Assembly: GCA_010093815.1 (NCBI GenBank)
Contig: ML996570.1
From: Pseudovirgaria hyperparasitica
Lineage: Eukaryota
Reading direction: 5' to 3' (one strand)
Length of the DNA stretch: 64,000 nucleotides
The translations under genes and the position numbers were made by a program. Below are positions 1-13,628 of this stretch, in pieces (the stretch's first letter is position 1; the number at the start of each line of letters is the position of its first letter). Under the pieces are notes generated by a model. That model was not told the origin of the DNA. It did not search any database and saw nothing but the letters and a program-made list of their open reading frames with translations.

Positions 1-1655
1 AGTAAGCTGAAAATGGGGCTAATCCCAAACCGGGTAGACGGCAGCCGCAGCCGCAGGTTGATCTAAGGCCAGGACCGAGAGAGGCGAGCGGCGTGTTTCA
101 TCTTTCATTTCCAATCCATTCTCTCATCTCGTTCCTCTCTCTCTCTCCACTATCTCTCTCCACACGTTTTCCCGCCTTGCCGTCATCGCTGCACAAACAC
201 GTTTGTCTTTCTAGGTCTTGTGTCACTAATTTCTCCAGGGCTCTGCAGCGTCTCATTTGCTCATGGTGCGAACTTGGCCCCCCTGCACGGTTCGGCCTCT
301 TGTCCGCATCTTACTTCTTCATGACTGACGGATGCTGTCACAAGTGCGAACCCCCATCACAACCCACTTTCCGAGCGTCGCATCACATTCCGCCATCCGA
401 GCTTCGCATTACATTGACTGCACATGGAATGCTCTGTATGGACAGCAGGCGTCAAGTCGTTGTCTGCCCTGAGTCAGTCAGTGTAGAGTCTTGTCGACGG
501 ATGTGCGATCCGCGGTAAACAGGCGGCCCTTCCCGCTCTCGAATGCTCGATTCAATGTATAGTATTAGTCTCTGTCTACAACAACCCACGTACATACTGG
601 CTCTAGCAGCTGAGTGGAGGGCCTAGTCAGCAGTCGCTTGACTCAGGCACGGGTCTACAGCACAGAGCTCCAGATTCGCTGTCAGTTCGTTCTTTGGCGT
701 TGGACAGGACGCCGAGATTGATCTATTACCGCTCTAGCTTACACATGTCGGTGGCCTCGACAGCACCACTAATACAGTCATGTAGGATTTGACAGCCTGC
801 GACAGCTCACGTACGGCGTGGTGCCGTGTTGATAGACAGACACTTGGCCAACTGGACGCCCCGGACGCTATTCCCGAAGCCTAGGCGTTGTCCACCGCAC
901 AGATGCATCATCCTGCGGCGGCTGTCACCTTTCCATGGCGGCATTGTGGATGGCATATCAAGGAGCCGGTGAGTGCCGGTGTCACGATTGGAACGTTCTC
1001 GGCATCTGCCATATACCGCACTGCTTTGTGGGCACGAGCCTCATTGACAAGATCGAAGAGAGTGATTCGGCGTGTTGGGAGTAGCACTTGACACTAGAGG
1101 ACATGATTCAACGCATGCTGGCAACGGGTCGAGTAGACTTTTCTAGAGCAGGAGCTAACGGATATCTAGAGTGATGGCATCGTGGTGTGGGCACATGGCC
1201 GATTGCGACGTCAATGGGCAGTAGGGCGATGCATGGGACGACACTGCATTGGCGTTGCAGGAAGCCAGTATGTATTCTGCAGTTTTGCCACGCGTCTGTC
1301 TCGAACAGGCAACGCAGGTCTAACAGAAAGGACGTTTTCTGCAGTTGCCAAGCGATGAGGATAGCAAAGCATGGACACGCCACTCTACCAGGCCTGATCA
1401 GTTGCCGGGCACGAGGGCACACACGATTGGCCGTTGTAGACCAGAAAGATGCAGTCGGATGGCGAAGCAAGATTTGCGTAGCGGAAGCTTTTACTACGGT
1501 GGTGGAAAGCGAAGCGGCACACCAATGTTCAGTGCTCACCTCACTGCTCGGTGGCCTCGGCCGAGGATGGAGAATGGGAAGGGACACGATAAGGTATTTG
1601 AAGATGGTAGGGGCGAGAATGTGCGGCGTAATGAGGTGTAGCAGACAGGTGAGAT

Positions 1656-1775
1656 GCCATGAAGCCGTGAAGCCATGAAGCCATGAAGCCATGAAGCCAT
1701 CCATGATGAAGCCATGAAGCCATGAAGCCATGAAGCCATGATAGCATGATATCATGATAGCATGATAGCATGATG
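1656..1775. repeat. Octamer tandem repeats: (CCATGAAG)n grading into (ATGATAGC)n
   Basis: About 10 imperfect GCCATGAA units followed by about 4 ATGATAGC units are directly visible. Confidence 0.95.
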
Positions 1776-2288
1776 CCATAAAGCCCTGATGCCATGATGA
1801 ACAATGGCAATCACAGCAGGCAAGCAGCAAGTGCACGCGAGAGTATCTAAGCAGAATAGCTGGGCTAGCTAGTCACAGTAGTGCATCATGGTAGGGCGTT
1901 GGCGTGCGTACGTGCATGAGGGACGATGCATCGAACCTTTTTGCAAAGACGAATCGGCCGCTAATTAAAGCGCCAGAAGCTGCAGGTGTGTTTTATGTAT
2001 GTAGACTGATTAGCTGCAACGGGCGCATCTGAAGGTTCCAAAAAGGCGCCGCGATTTAGCGTGCGGCCGCCACTACTGAAGAAAAATGTCCGATGTTCTC
2101 TGGCGGGCTTGCGGGCGTGTGTGGGCTGCCCAGTGCCTGGCTGACTGACTGGCTGGGCTGGTTGGGGCTGACTGGCTGGGGCCTCCTAGGGGGTCACTGT
2201 CCTACTGGACTGTACATGACACTCTACTGTGGCTACAACTAAAAGGCAAGTTTAGCCTCTTCCACCAAGCCAAAGTCTTAACCTGTGT

Positions 2289-2377
<89 letters not shown>

Positions 2378-2410
2378 GTGATGATGGTGATGATAATGAG
2401 GGTGATGATG
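2289..2410. repeat. (TGA)n trinucleotide microsatellite
   Basis: About 30 perfect TGA units (2289-2377), then degenerate copies. Confidence 0.98.
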
Positions 2411-3066
2411 AACTGGAACCCTGGGCTGACCTGGCTGACCTGACTGACCCAAGTCACAGTGTGCCACTCTCACTGCCAGGTGCCCACTACTACCTAGCTA
2501 ATTACATGACCTGAGTGCCTGCCCTGCCGCCGCCCACTACATCATATGTTGCTCGTTGTGTCTCGTGTCGATTGTGTGGTGTCCCTGGTCCCAGTCTCAG
2601 TCCCGGCCATCGAGGCCTTCTGATGAGTGCATATGGTGCGATCATCATCAGCCATGCTCCAGTCAAACATCTGCCTTGTTATTCTGATGTGCGTATGTTA
2701 GTAGGTGTTAGCAGCAGCAGTAATAGTAGTAGTAGTAGTCGTCGTACCTAGTCGCGATAATCTCTATTTACAGCTAAATGACTAGTCTCTCCCCACTACA
2801 TGTGTATCTACAAGCTACCATGTACTACACTACCACTACTACTACTAATTACTACTACCGCTACTGCATGCATAACTAACTGCACCGCTACAGCTGCATG
2901 ATTCCATCGGCACTAACTTTAGTACTACGTCGGGACATTCGTACTACGCTAATCCTAATCTCACATCCAATCAAATTGCTTCGTCGCCGCCCTTTTCCTG
3001 GCCCGCAGTATAGCATTTTCGGCTGCTCTCCGGTTCCTCGCATCACCTCTTCCACTAATTCCTGCT

Positions 3067-3105
3067 ATCACTACCACCACCACCACCACCACCACCATCA
3101 CCACC
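3067..3105. repeat. (CAC)n microsatellite
   Basis: Imperfect run of CAC/CAT triplets. Confidence 0.9.
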
Positions 3106-5340
3106 TCCTCGGCTCCGGTCTGCGTTCATCCATCATGTATCATTTACTGCGTACTTGCGACCATCTCAGATCGCTCATCGTGCACCAGACCCTTCATTTC
3201 GTCTTGCCGCTAGCCAGAGCCAGAGTAAGATCCAGCTCCCGCTCCAGCTCCAGCCCACTGAGCTGTCAGCCGTGTAGGCCGGCCGGCACCCCCCCTGTCA
3301 GCAGCCACAGAACCGCGTTTTGACAGCAGTCATCGCCAGCCTGAGACTGACAGTGACAATCTGTCAATCTGACTTTGACCAGGAACCAGATCCAGATCCA
3401 GATCCAGTCCCATAACCAGATTCCACATCAAGATCCTGCTGCTGATGCTGCAGAAGCCGTGTCGCCGCACTGACGCCTACCAGGTTTCCCCGCCTCTCCG
3501 CATAAATGAAGCTCCTAGAAAGCCTGAGCCTATCCTGATCCTGGTACACAATTTTCCCCATGGGAACCCAGTCCTGAATCTCACATCCATGCCCTCACAA
3601 GCTTACTTTGACAGCAGCTTAACCTCCACTATTACAACCTACCTCTGTGCTGAAATCGAATGTCGTTAAATAAAAGTACCCCCAAAGCTTTACGCGCTAG
3701 CGAATCCTGAAACAATAAAGACGTTGACCGTCCAGTAACGCTCAGATTGCGCCCTCACCCCTTTCAAGCCTAGCAAACTTTACCAAACCCTACGAATGCT
3801 TATCAATGTTGCTTTTTAACTACCTCACCCCGACCACACCTACATCCTTCTGGACGGACTGCCTCCGTAGACTCACTTCGGTCGCTCTTCGTCACATCAC
3901 TGTCATATTTACACCGAGGCATCCGATGGGATCTGCAGATCAATGCGCCCCGTGCGACAGAAGCCGTGTAGATCGCCACTACCCATACGACGGTTCATTA
4001 GAGAAAGATGCTTCACCGTCTTATCCATCGTGCCTCGAATGCCAAGCTAGGATACTGCATTGCCAACACCACGCACAAGCAACGCACTCACTCTGTTGGG
4101 ACTGGGAACAGCGCCTCGGCTAATCTGAATATGTGTTGGCACCATTGGTCTCTCCGGAAGGAATCTCTGCCGTTGATTCACTTCTCAGCTTCAAGCAAAT
4201 GGACCCTGATAATTAGCACATGCGACTAAATGCTTTCCACCACTAGCAACCTCCTCTGTATTGCAGAGCCCGTGCTGCTGCCTTTGACATGAAGATCGCC
4301 CTTTGACTTCTTGAGTCCCTGGCGCGCGCGAATCGCCTCGCTTTCTGTCCGAGGCAGGAATCGCCTTCTACCGCTACCCATTACTACGTGGTGCACACGG
4401 CCTCTATGATCTTCTATCGTGTTGTGAAGCGCGTCATGTTTTTATTGTAGGGGGTAGACTCTCCACACGTTGAATGCGGAAGTATCCGTCCTCTGAACTT
4501 AGATGACAGCTGCGGAAACGCTCCTGACTCGACTCGACTCCAACAAGACATAGAGGCCAGGTGTGGTCATGTCCGAAAGACATGCGTAGACGTGAACGAT
4601 ACAAAACCTCCATTACTTACTGAAGCCCGGTTGCTTTACAATAGGTCCAAAACGTCGCTGTTACACTGATCGGAAATGTAGTTGATGGGTCACCAGCACA
4701 ACACCAAAACACACAGCCTACAAGTCACGGTCACAACAAACCCTCCCACACTCTCCCACCATTCCCCCAATCCTCGACCTGTATCCTGTCTGTCCAATCC
4801 ATCACATCTCAGCCAGCACTCCATCCCAACCCATCTCCGAAGCCCTCCCACCATCACCACTCACTCCATCCGCAACCGCGCGCCCCTTTTCACACCACGT
4901 ATTATCTATCACCCAAAACAACTCCATCCCATCCGCCCTCCGACTCACCTTCTCCAGAAACCAAAGCTCTTTAGCCTTACCGCGCTCGTCCCATTCCCTA
5001 TATATACATATATATCCAGTCGTTAGGAGCAATATATAGTTCTTGCTCCCCCCTTCGCGACGTGGACTTGTGAGTCTGTCGTTTTGATACTTGTTTATTT
5101 ATACATATATACGCACATGCGCGCGCGAGCATCGAGACTGTGTAGTTGTGGTTTGTGCGAGCACGCTGTGCGGGTGTGTGCGTGTGCGGGTGTGTGCGTG
5201 TGCGGGTGTGCGGGTGTATCTATTACGCAGTGGAGGGGGTTGACCTTGAGTATATACATGTATATGTATGTGTATTTGTTATATTGGCTATATAGTAGAA
5301 TCAAGAGAAGGGGAATAGTAGAGATTGTATCTGTCTACCC

Positions 5341-5435
5341 ATCCATCTATCCATCTATCCATCTATCCATCTATCCATCTATCCATCTATCCATCTATCC
5401 ATCTATCCATCTATCCATCTATCCATCTATCCATC
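5341..5435. repeat. (ATCCATCT)n octamer microsatellite
   Basis: About 12 perfect tandem units. Confidence 0.97.
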
Positions 5436-6708
5436 ATCCTCATATCAAACCCACACCCAATCCTCCTACAAAAGCATAAAGCAGTACCTAGCAAAACCAG
5501 CAAAACCAGCACTTTGACGTAAATGAAATTACACCACCATGAGTAACCCCCTTGAGCTGGCGAGATATTATCGAATATCTACATATATACGTTGTGTTTA
5601 TATATCTTGTAGAGGCGGTAGGTGGAGTAGTAGTTGCTTGGTTTGGTATAGAGGGGGGTTGGTTGGTGTCTTGGTTTGCATTATTTGTTCTTATTCTTGT
5701 CCTTGTTCTTGCTCTTGCTCTTGCTCTTCTTTTTCCCCTTCTTCCCCTCCCCCTCCTCCTCCTTCTTCTCCTCCTCCTCTTCTCTATCCACCCACTACGC
5801 CCTCCGGTAGACTCAACCATCTACTCCAACAACTATATCCCAAGTCTACACCATCCCATATACCCTCCATTCCACAACTCATAATCATTATTTTTCTCTC
5901 CCCTTCTAGATCTATACCCTATATCCCTGCTTATATATTCACTCTATATGTTCGTTTATATATCTTGTGTTTTTGTATTTACTATAGGAGCAGTAGATGT
6001 AATGAAGGTAGTAAGTAGTAGATGTATAGTCTGTATGGGTGATAACCGGAGAAAGAATCGTGTTTATGTAACGTAGCTGCATCTCTCGCCTTATGAGCGT
6101 CTTGATCTGTGCTGTCCCATTTTATTCTATCCTATCCTATCCTTTCCCATCCTATCCCACATCGTTGGCCAACCTCAGCAGCAACCTCAGCAGTAACCCT
6201 ACTAACACGGCCCCTTTTTCATACTATTATATCCAAGAGACAAAGCAGAAGAACCACCTACTACGAAGGAATTAGTGGAAAGGTAAATATTTCGAGAGCG
6301 GATATATCTTAGTCTAAGATACGAGTGAAAAAAAGGGGGCTAGATTGGGCTGAAGAAAGGGGGATAAGAATAAGAGATGGGAAATAGGAAATTGGGAAAT
6401 GGGAAATGGGAAGTTGTAGGTGGAAAACTAGAGATGATTTACATCGAGAATGGGTGGATGGATGGATGGATGGATGGTTAGTAGGATTAGCAGGATAAGC
6501 AGGGTGAGCAAGGTAAGTAAGGTAGAAACGCAGAAAGGGGGCCAAGTACTTGGTATAATAAATAATAACGACGAGCAACGAAACATAGCACAGCGCACGT
6601 AGCACGATGCAACACTTCATAAAAGGGTATAGTCGAAACCCGGGGAGGTATCCTCTTCTATTATCTCTTTTATTCAAATCTCATCACACGTATCGCCATC
6701 TATGCATC

Positions 6709-8397
6709 CTACGCTCGTCCGACTTTGAACGATAATATCTGCAGCACAACGACACCCAAACGTCAGCATACCTCTAATATAAAGACAAAAAAGGGTGAAT
6801 AAAACTGAAAGCAAACAAAGCAAGGCCAAAACTCACGTCGTTCTTGCCCACAACAACAACATCATCCTCAGCCACGCGCTGCCCGCCAGCCGTCTCGACA
6901 TACGCCATCGGCGCATCGCCCATGACCTTCCTATACACATCGCCCACCGTACTACCCCTGCCCACAAGCACACAGTCGCGAAACACCGCCTCCTTGCCCC
7001 CCGACGCCGCAGCGCCAAAGCTATGCACGTTGCGCACGGGAAAGACGGGGACCAGACCGAGCAAATCCGCGGCGCGCGTGAGCAGCTGCACCACGCCCGT
7101 GCTGCCAAAGCGGTACAGGACCATGTCCTTGAGATTCTCGATGCGCTGCTTGAGCTTCTCGTCCATCTCCTTGAGGCCGCCGCCGTCGTCCTCGCCGCTC
7201 TCGAGCAGGTCGTCGCGCGTGTCGACGAACTCGCTGCCCTCGGTGTACTTTACGAAGCCCTGCTTGGCCAGTCTGCGCAGGAAGACTTCGGATATGGCGC
7301 TGCACAGCACGATTGTCTCGGGCGGCTGGGTTTTTGCGATTTTGGCAATGTTCTTGTCTGCGTCGGGGTGGTCGATCTTGTTGAGTGCGATGACGGTGGG
7401 GAATTTCTCGTCGATGAAGGCGTTCACCACCGTTTCGACGGTTGCGTTGCTCCAGTCTTGAAGGGGCTCTTTCAGGGCGAGCTTGTCGAGGGTGCGGGCG
7501 ACGATCTTGGATGTGCTGCCGTAACCCGAGAATTGGTTCTGGAGAGTTTCGACCGCTGTCGCTTCTGGGTCAAGAAATTAATGATGCTTCAGTGTGGACG
7601 AGAAGGGGGCAGACTTACTCACTGCGATGTGCCGTCGTTTTATGCTTCCCCTGCGTACCATGAGCGCCATGCATATTCCTCTCTCCTCTCTCTCTCAGAC
7701 CTACCATTTCTCCATCAGATTCCCCAGCACCCAGCTGACAATCTCGCTCCTCAACCACACAATGTCATTACTCGGATCATATCCCCTGGTTGCCTTGCCC
7801 TCCTCATCCGTACAACCGCTCACATCGACAACATGTATAAGCGCGTCCGCATGTCGCAGGTCGTCCAAGAACTTATTCCCCAGTCCTCTACCTTCGTGTG
7901 CGCCAGGTACCAGTCCCGCAACATCGAGAAGCTCAATGGGCACGCTACGCCGGCCATCAACGCAGGACCCGTAGTTCGGGCGGCAGTGAGCAGAGAGATC
8001 GTATCGCGCGCAAGCGCAAGGTATTTGGAGATAGCCTATCGCGCGCTGAGGATCGATAGTTGTGAATCTGGTGTGCGCATTTTGGTCAGTCAGGGTGTTG
8101 CAATTGGGACACTGGACAGAAGGAAGTAAAGATTCAGAGCACGCCCAAGAAAGATCAAGGGCACTCGAGAGAGACTTGGGGAAGATGCTTACGGAAAGTT
8201 GCCTACACCCCATTAGCCCTGCAACCCTCTGCATCTCCGCGTATACACACCTACTTTGCTCGACGCGTCGGTCAAACTGTCGCGCTTCAGCTTCCCTTTC
8301 GCTCAAAAATGTGCCTAGCAGAGTCGTACCTATTGAGCGTCGTGCTCTTGCCTGAGGACGGCTTACCGACCAATCCAATCAGTGGATCACGGCCCAT
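6709..8397 (-). CDS. Obg-family (YGR210C-like) P-loop GTPase, 7 exons
   Basis: The spliced model gives [41 protein letters not shown] (G1, G2), [20 protein letters not shown] (G3), ALNKID (G4) and the C-terminus ILSFKVGRA*. Exons: 8397-8330, 8276-8251, 8202-8193, 8067-7705, 7650-7619, 7564-6837, 6738-6709. Confidence 0.9.
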
Positions 8398-8999
8398 GGT
8401 GCTTGTGAGGTAACGTAGGCAGAGGAGAGAAACAAGACAGTGCGCAAGCGGTTGTATTTGACTATCAATGTTGCGTAGGAATGCGACGCTAGTGGGGTTG
8501 CGCCCAGATGTCATTATTTCTTTGATGCTGTCGTTATCGATAGCTGCCTAAGGCATAAAGATTGGATGCCTTACCAGAATCCTAGCGGTCTACACATGTC
8601 TGGCTCGGCAACAGTGCAATAGTGCATGCAGTGTACGAACCATACCTGTCTTTAAGCTCTTCAGTATTGAGCCATTTCAAGACTTCACATGCTCTTCGCA
8701 CCACGTGGGGTTAGTCATATCGTCAAAAGACGGAAAGAGTTGTTTGACATGAAAGAAATCGTATTTGTCTCAGTACGACTATGTGTATAGTTACAGTTTT
8801 GAGGGGCCCAGGACTGAAATTTGCAAAGCTTAGTATCGAACTTCCAGTTCATTGCATGCAACGCCAGGGAAAACAACATGAATGGCTCCAGATATGCTTG
8901 GTTCGCAGCCCACGACGACCCACAGGTCCAGCTGTTAATCATGAAAGTGTCATAACACGACGCCCCTGATATCCACCTTCACGTAACACATAGACTTGC

Positions 9000-10414
9000 T
9001 TAGATCAAGGAAGCACCGAAGAGAGTGGATACAAGGAGAACAGCTCCGCATACAAAGGGAGTTGCAGTAATCTCAGGAATGCGGAGAGATGATGCAGCAC
9101 CGGCCGAGTTAGATGCGTTGGATGAGTCCCCGCCGACGGTACCAGTCCCAGAGCCAGGGTCAGCGGTAGGATGAGTGTCGGGGCCAGACTCTTGAGAACC
9201 ACTGCCAGTGAGACCGGCACCGGAGCCGGCACCCTTCTCCATGTAAGCCTTGGCCTTGTCAGGAAGAGCAGGAAGAGCATCGCTATCGACATTCCAGTGG
9301 TCAGATTTGGCTGGGCATTCGGAAGCAGAGCCATCGCTTTTGTAGCCACCATCATCAGATGGTGCAGGAGTCTTGGCGAGTTTGTCCTTGAGAGTTTTGT
9401 AATCGTCCAATTCTTTGACGCTACTACCGTCGATCTCGACTAGACCGTAGCCTTTGTTGGACTCTTCGTATGAGTACTCGTACACAAGACCACCAGAGTA
9501 GACGGCCTTCATATCATCGCCGTAAAGCGAAGCAATCTCGTTAAATTCACGAGTGTTGGTGATGCATCCGTACTCGGAAAGGAATAAAGGAATGCTATAG
9601 TTGGAGTATGTCTTGACCTTCTGGTCCCACCCAGAGGTGGTGAAGCTGGAAGGATCACACCAGGAGTAGTCGTTGAAAGCGAAAAAGTCACTGCGCTCAT
9701 CATCGGTTCCACAGTTCATGTACTCCGCAGTGGACTCACGGTTCTCCTCAACATCAGCAGCAGAGTAACCGACGGGAATCTTGCGGTACCCGCGGGAGGA
9801 GATGTACGACTTCATGTCACGGGTGACGGCCTTGATGTAGGGTGCAGTGTCGGTGGTAGCATCGTCATTGATGACTTCGTTGCCAGAGAAGAATAAAAGA
9901 GTGTTGTCGTACTTCTGGAAGACATCAATCGTGGCGAAGATGTTTTGGAGGTATACCTCATTGTACGATGGAGAAGGCTTGTCGCGACGCAGGGAGTACT
10001 TTGGGGTGTTGACGTCTAGGGCTAAGTAGATACCAGCATCGGACAATGCACTCATACATTCATCGTGATCGGCAGTGTTATCGACTGTGTAAACACGGAC
10101 TGTGTTGATGCCTAGATCCTTGAATTTCTCGACGTCACGCTTGCAACCGTTGGCGTCGGCGATAGGATCGGCTACATTGGATGAGCCGCCTGGTTGATAG
10201 TCGACTCCGCGAATGTAGAAGCGCTTGTCGCCCGCGAAGAACGCTACATAGAATGAGTCACCGGAGTTAACGAGGTTTACAACAAGAACGTACCGTTTCC
10301 CTTGGTTGTGACCTGGGGGGTGTTGCTGCTAGCCCTGTATTGAAATTTGGCGGGCGAAGCGACAACGGATGTGAAGGCCGCGGAGGCGGCAAGAATAACA
10401 CCAGCAGTTTTCAT
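9000..10414 (-). CDS. GPI-anchored beta-1,3-glucanosyltransferase, GH72 (Gel1/Gas5-type, no X8 domain)
   Basis: Signal peptide MKTAGVILAASAAF, RFYIRGVDYQPGG, catalytic motifs FSGNEV and FLSEYGC, Ser/Gly linker and hydrophobic GPI-type tail. One intron near 10245-10293. Confidence 0.93.
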
Positions 10415-12170
10415 TGCGAATTCGATTACTGGACTTGCAGTATGTATCGACCGGAGTGTAGTAAATACTTCGTGGCTGGAAACAAAGCTTTTCACAAGCA
10501 GTATTGCAAGCTTTGAGACGGGAGTATGTATAAAAGCCTGTTGACGAGCTCCGAAAAGAGTGAGGAGGACTCGAGAGAAGGTGGTGAGTGAATTACAAGG
10601 AGTTGTAGAAGGGGGAAGTAGCGAGAGTGAGTGCGATCTAATAGACACACACAAAAACGAAGGTTGAGAGTCACAAAAAAGAGGTTGGCAAGTGGTGGGT
10701 AATAGTGAATGATATTTGGGGAAAGGGGCAGCAAGGGGGGGTGGCAGGCGCAACGTGAATGACCCACTAGGCAAGTGCATTCATATCCCGGTATAACAGG
10801 TGGGACAGTCTGCCGCCGCTCCAGCAGTGCATGTAGTCAGGCCAGGCTCAAACAGCCAACGAATACCACATTTCATTCCACTTTTGCTGAGGAGACGCCT
10901 GCAAATCCCAGTTTCAGGCTCCACTCAAAGCGATCATCCTCATCTTCACACGACTCTCCGTTTCCGTTGCACTGACCGCGCTGCATCAGAGGCCTCATTA
11001 ACGGGGCTATTTTCTTGAGCGTTTGGAGCAGTGGCAAGTCAATGTGCGGTCTATTGGATTACGCGTCACGAAACCCGGAACGGGAAGGGAACCTTGGGAA
11101 GCGGAAGCACAGTGACGTGACAGCGCCGAGACCTACCAAGCACTCTTGGCTCCGCAGATGAGGCACCATGAGGTAAGGAAATTGGTCTTGGTATTGCGCC
11201 GGCATCCTTTTGCGATAGCTGTTATCAGAACCAGAAAGCTTCTTTACACCTCTTGAGCAAGCTAGCAGTCTGCTAGTGGAAGCGTCATCATATGGGGATA
11301 AGTTCCTCTCCGGCCTGGAGGAGGTCCATAGCTTGATTCGATGATGATATTGTGAATTATGATCGACCCCTATTGCAGAAGTCTCCTAGCAGCTCATTGG
11401 TCAGGCTGGCTGGGTTTGCTGGGCTTGCTGGTACCGCTAGCCAGTACGTGCAGCAAGGTCGCCCCTACCCAAAGTAAACTTGTGCCTGCTCCTGCCTGTC
11501 ATCCATGATCTGGCTCAACTACATACCACGGATTGCCACCGCTTTGCAGACAAGCCCTCAGCTTATTCACTCAACGCCAGTTTCGAGGTTCAATTTGTAA
11601 ACAGTTCATAGTGCCTTGCTGAGTATTTGCAAGCGCCCCCTCCAAATGAATGTGTGCTCCTTGTCGTTGGCGCGTGCCTCGTTGAGGGTGTCGTTATGAG
11701 TGCCCTTACCCTATTCCGAGACCAACGTAAGATGTGGCCGCAAAATCGTGTAGATGAACGTCGAAGCTTTAACCGTCCACAGCAGATATAAGCCCTCTAC
11801 GACGTACTGCCTTGATCATGAACTATACCAGGAATTGATATTACTGATTGAACGTCAGAAGCAGCATGGCACCACTCATAGGTGAAGAATGTTGGTACAG
11901 TTGTTCTAGTGTTTGCCCCCATTCTACACTAGCCATCACCTAGTATCACGTGCCTTAGTGAGCCACTGTGGCGGATGTAAACGCCAAGCTCGACCGCTAC
12001 CGCTCTAGGTAACAGGGTGTTTTGGAGGGGCTCGCGAACACATCCACTTTTCTCCTTAAGTGAAAGTTGCCCCTCCACGACTTTTCTCTCAATCTTGCTC
12101 CAGGATATCAATACCTCTTACACCGGACTTATTGAGATTCCTACCTCAGACTTCTAACCTTCAATCAATC

Positions 12171-13088
12171 ATGGCATCGGAACAATCTGGCCCAGGCCTC
12201 ACCGAGCCTAAGCTCGCCGTTGACGAGACCAAGAAGGTTACGGATGGCACTTCTGCCAGCACCACAGAAGAGAAGCCACTCACCCAGAAGGTTGTTGAGA
12301 CCGCGTCAGCCACCGCTGGCGAAGTCACTAGCAAAATCTCCTCCATGTTCGGTGGTGGACAGAAGAAAACGGAGACGAGCAAGCCGGCGGACGATGGTCA
12401 ACCAAACGATAACTCTGGCTCAGCCAAGTACATCAAGGACAAAGAGGCGGCCGAAAAGGGCGATGATGTATGCCCTACGAAGTCTACTTGTATTATGTCT
12501 TTCGGATACTGATAAGCTGTGTAGGAGGATAAAGTTGAGGAACATGAACCTGACGCCGAATTTGCACCTGTCGTCCACTTGACCGAAAAAGTCGAAACTG
12601 TAACGAACGAGGAATCTGAGGAACAGACTTTCAAGATGCGCGCTAAACTCTTCAAGTTTGACCGTGACTCTAGGGAGTGGAAAGAAAGGGGCACTGGCGA
12701 AGTCAGACTTCTCAAGCACAAGGAAAACGGCAAGACACGTTTGGTCATGAGACGGGATAAGACTTTGAAGGTCTGCGCTAACCACTACGGTGAGTATGCA
12801 TCTCAATGCTGTTTTCCTAATGCTAATATGTTGTAGTCGTACCCGATATGAAGTTATCGCCAAACGTTGGTAGTGACCGTTCGTGGGTCTGGAACGCGAC
12901 CGCGGATGTCAGCGAGGGAGAGCCCGAAGCCCAGACTCTGGCCATCAGGTTTGGCAACAGCGATAGTCAGTAGCACGAATCATCATACCGATAAATACTA
13001 ACTTGTGTGCTTAGACGCCAACTTATTCAAGGATGCTTTCGTCAAGGCCCAGCAAGAGAATGAAGCCCTCTTCAAGGCCGCAGAGTAG
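12171..13088 (+). CDS. YRB1: Ran-binding protein 1 (RanBP1 domain)
   Basis: [34 protein letters not shown]...[15 protein letters not shown] and [11 protein letters not shown]. Three GT-AG introns. Confidence 0.95.
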
Positions 13089-13628
13089 ACGAAGCCAATC
13101 GGACCATCTACAGGAGAAAGAGTTGAGAGCATGGCATATCATGTAGAAAGTGAGCAAGCACAGAGGTGCGAATGAGAATGGCAGCGCCTGTATTTTGCTA
13201 TGTGAGCTGGGACTAAGTCGCAAAAGGAGGCTGGCGATTATCATCTGCTCTATGGTGGCAGTCTGCATCATTATTGAGCACTCTCTCGTTCATAGGCATA
13301 GCATTAAATATGAACCCCATACATATCGAACAATTTTAATAGCGCGATTTTAACAAAGGTCCATCGACTTTGTGGCCTGGGATGCAGTCTTGGCATCCCC
13401 GCGCGCGCCTCCCGTCGCGACCTTCTGTTGTCCGCCAGAGCTCCAGACTTCACTTCGAAACCAGCTCCGTCAACTTGCATGCTGGTCGCAAGCATACCCA
13501 ATAGTCAAAACTCAGGGCGGCGATCTTCTATAAACCATTTACCTCTCTTATAACCTGTGACAGCAGCTCGTCTCGCACCTGACGCTCGACGCCTCCGTCA
13601 TTTAGATACACTCCCCTGCCTTCACATC

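Noticed and set aside
1108..1836. 242-aa ORF with MASWLHGF repeats
   Set aside because: The repeats come from the 8-bp tandem array and the rest shows no protein-like features.
2252..2473. Poly-His ORF
   Set aside because: It is simply the translation of the (TGA)n microsatellite, with a non-ATG start and no other coding signal.
6795..8129. 444-aa plus-strand ORF
   Set aside because: Antisense shadow of the GC-rich Obg-family GTPase gene.
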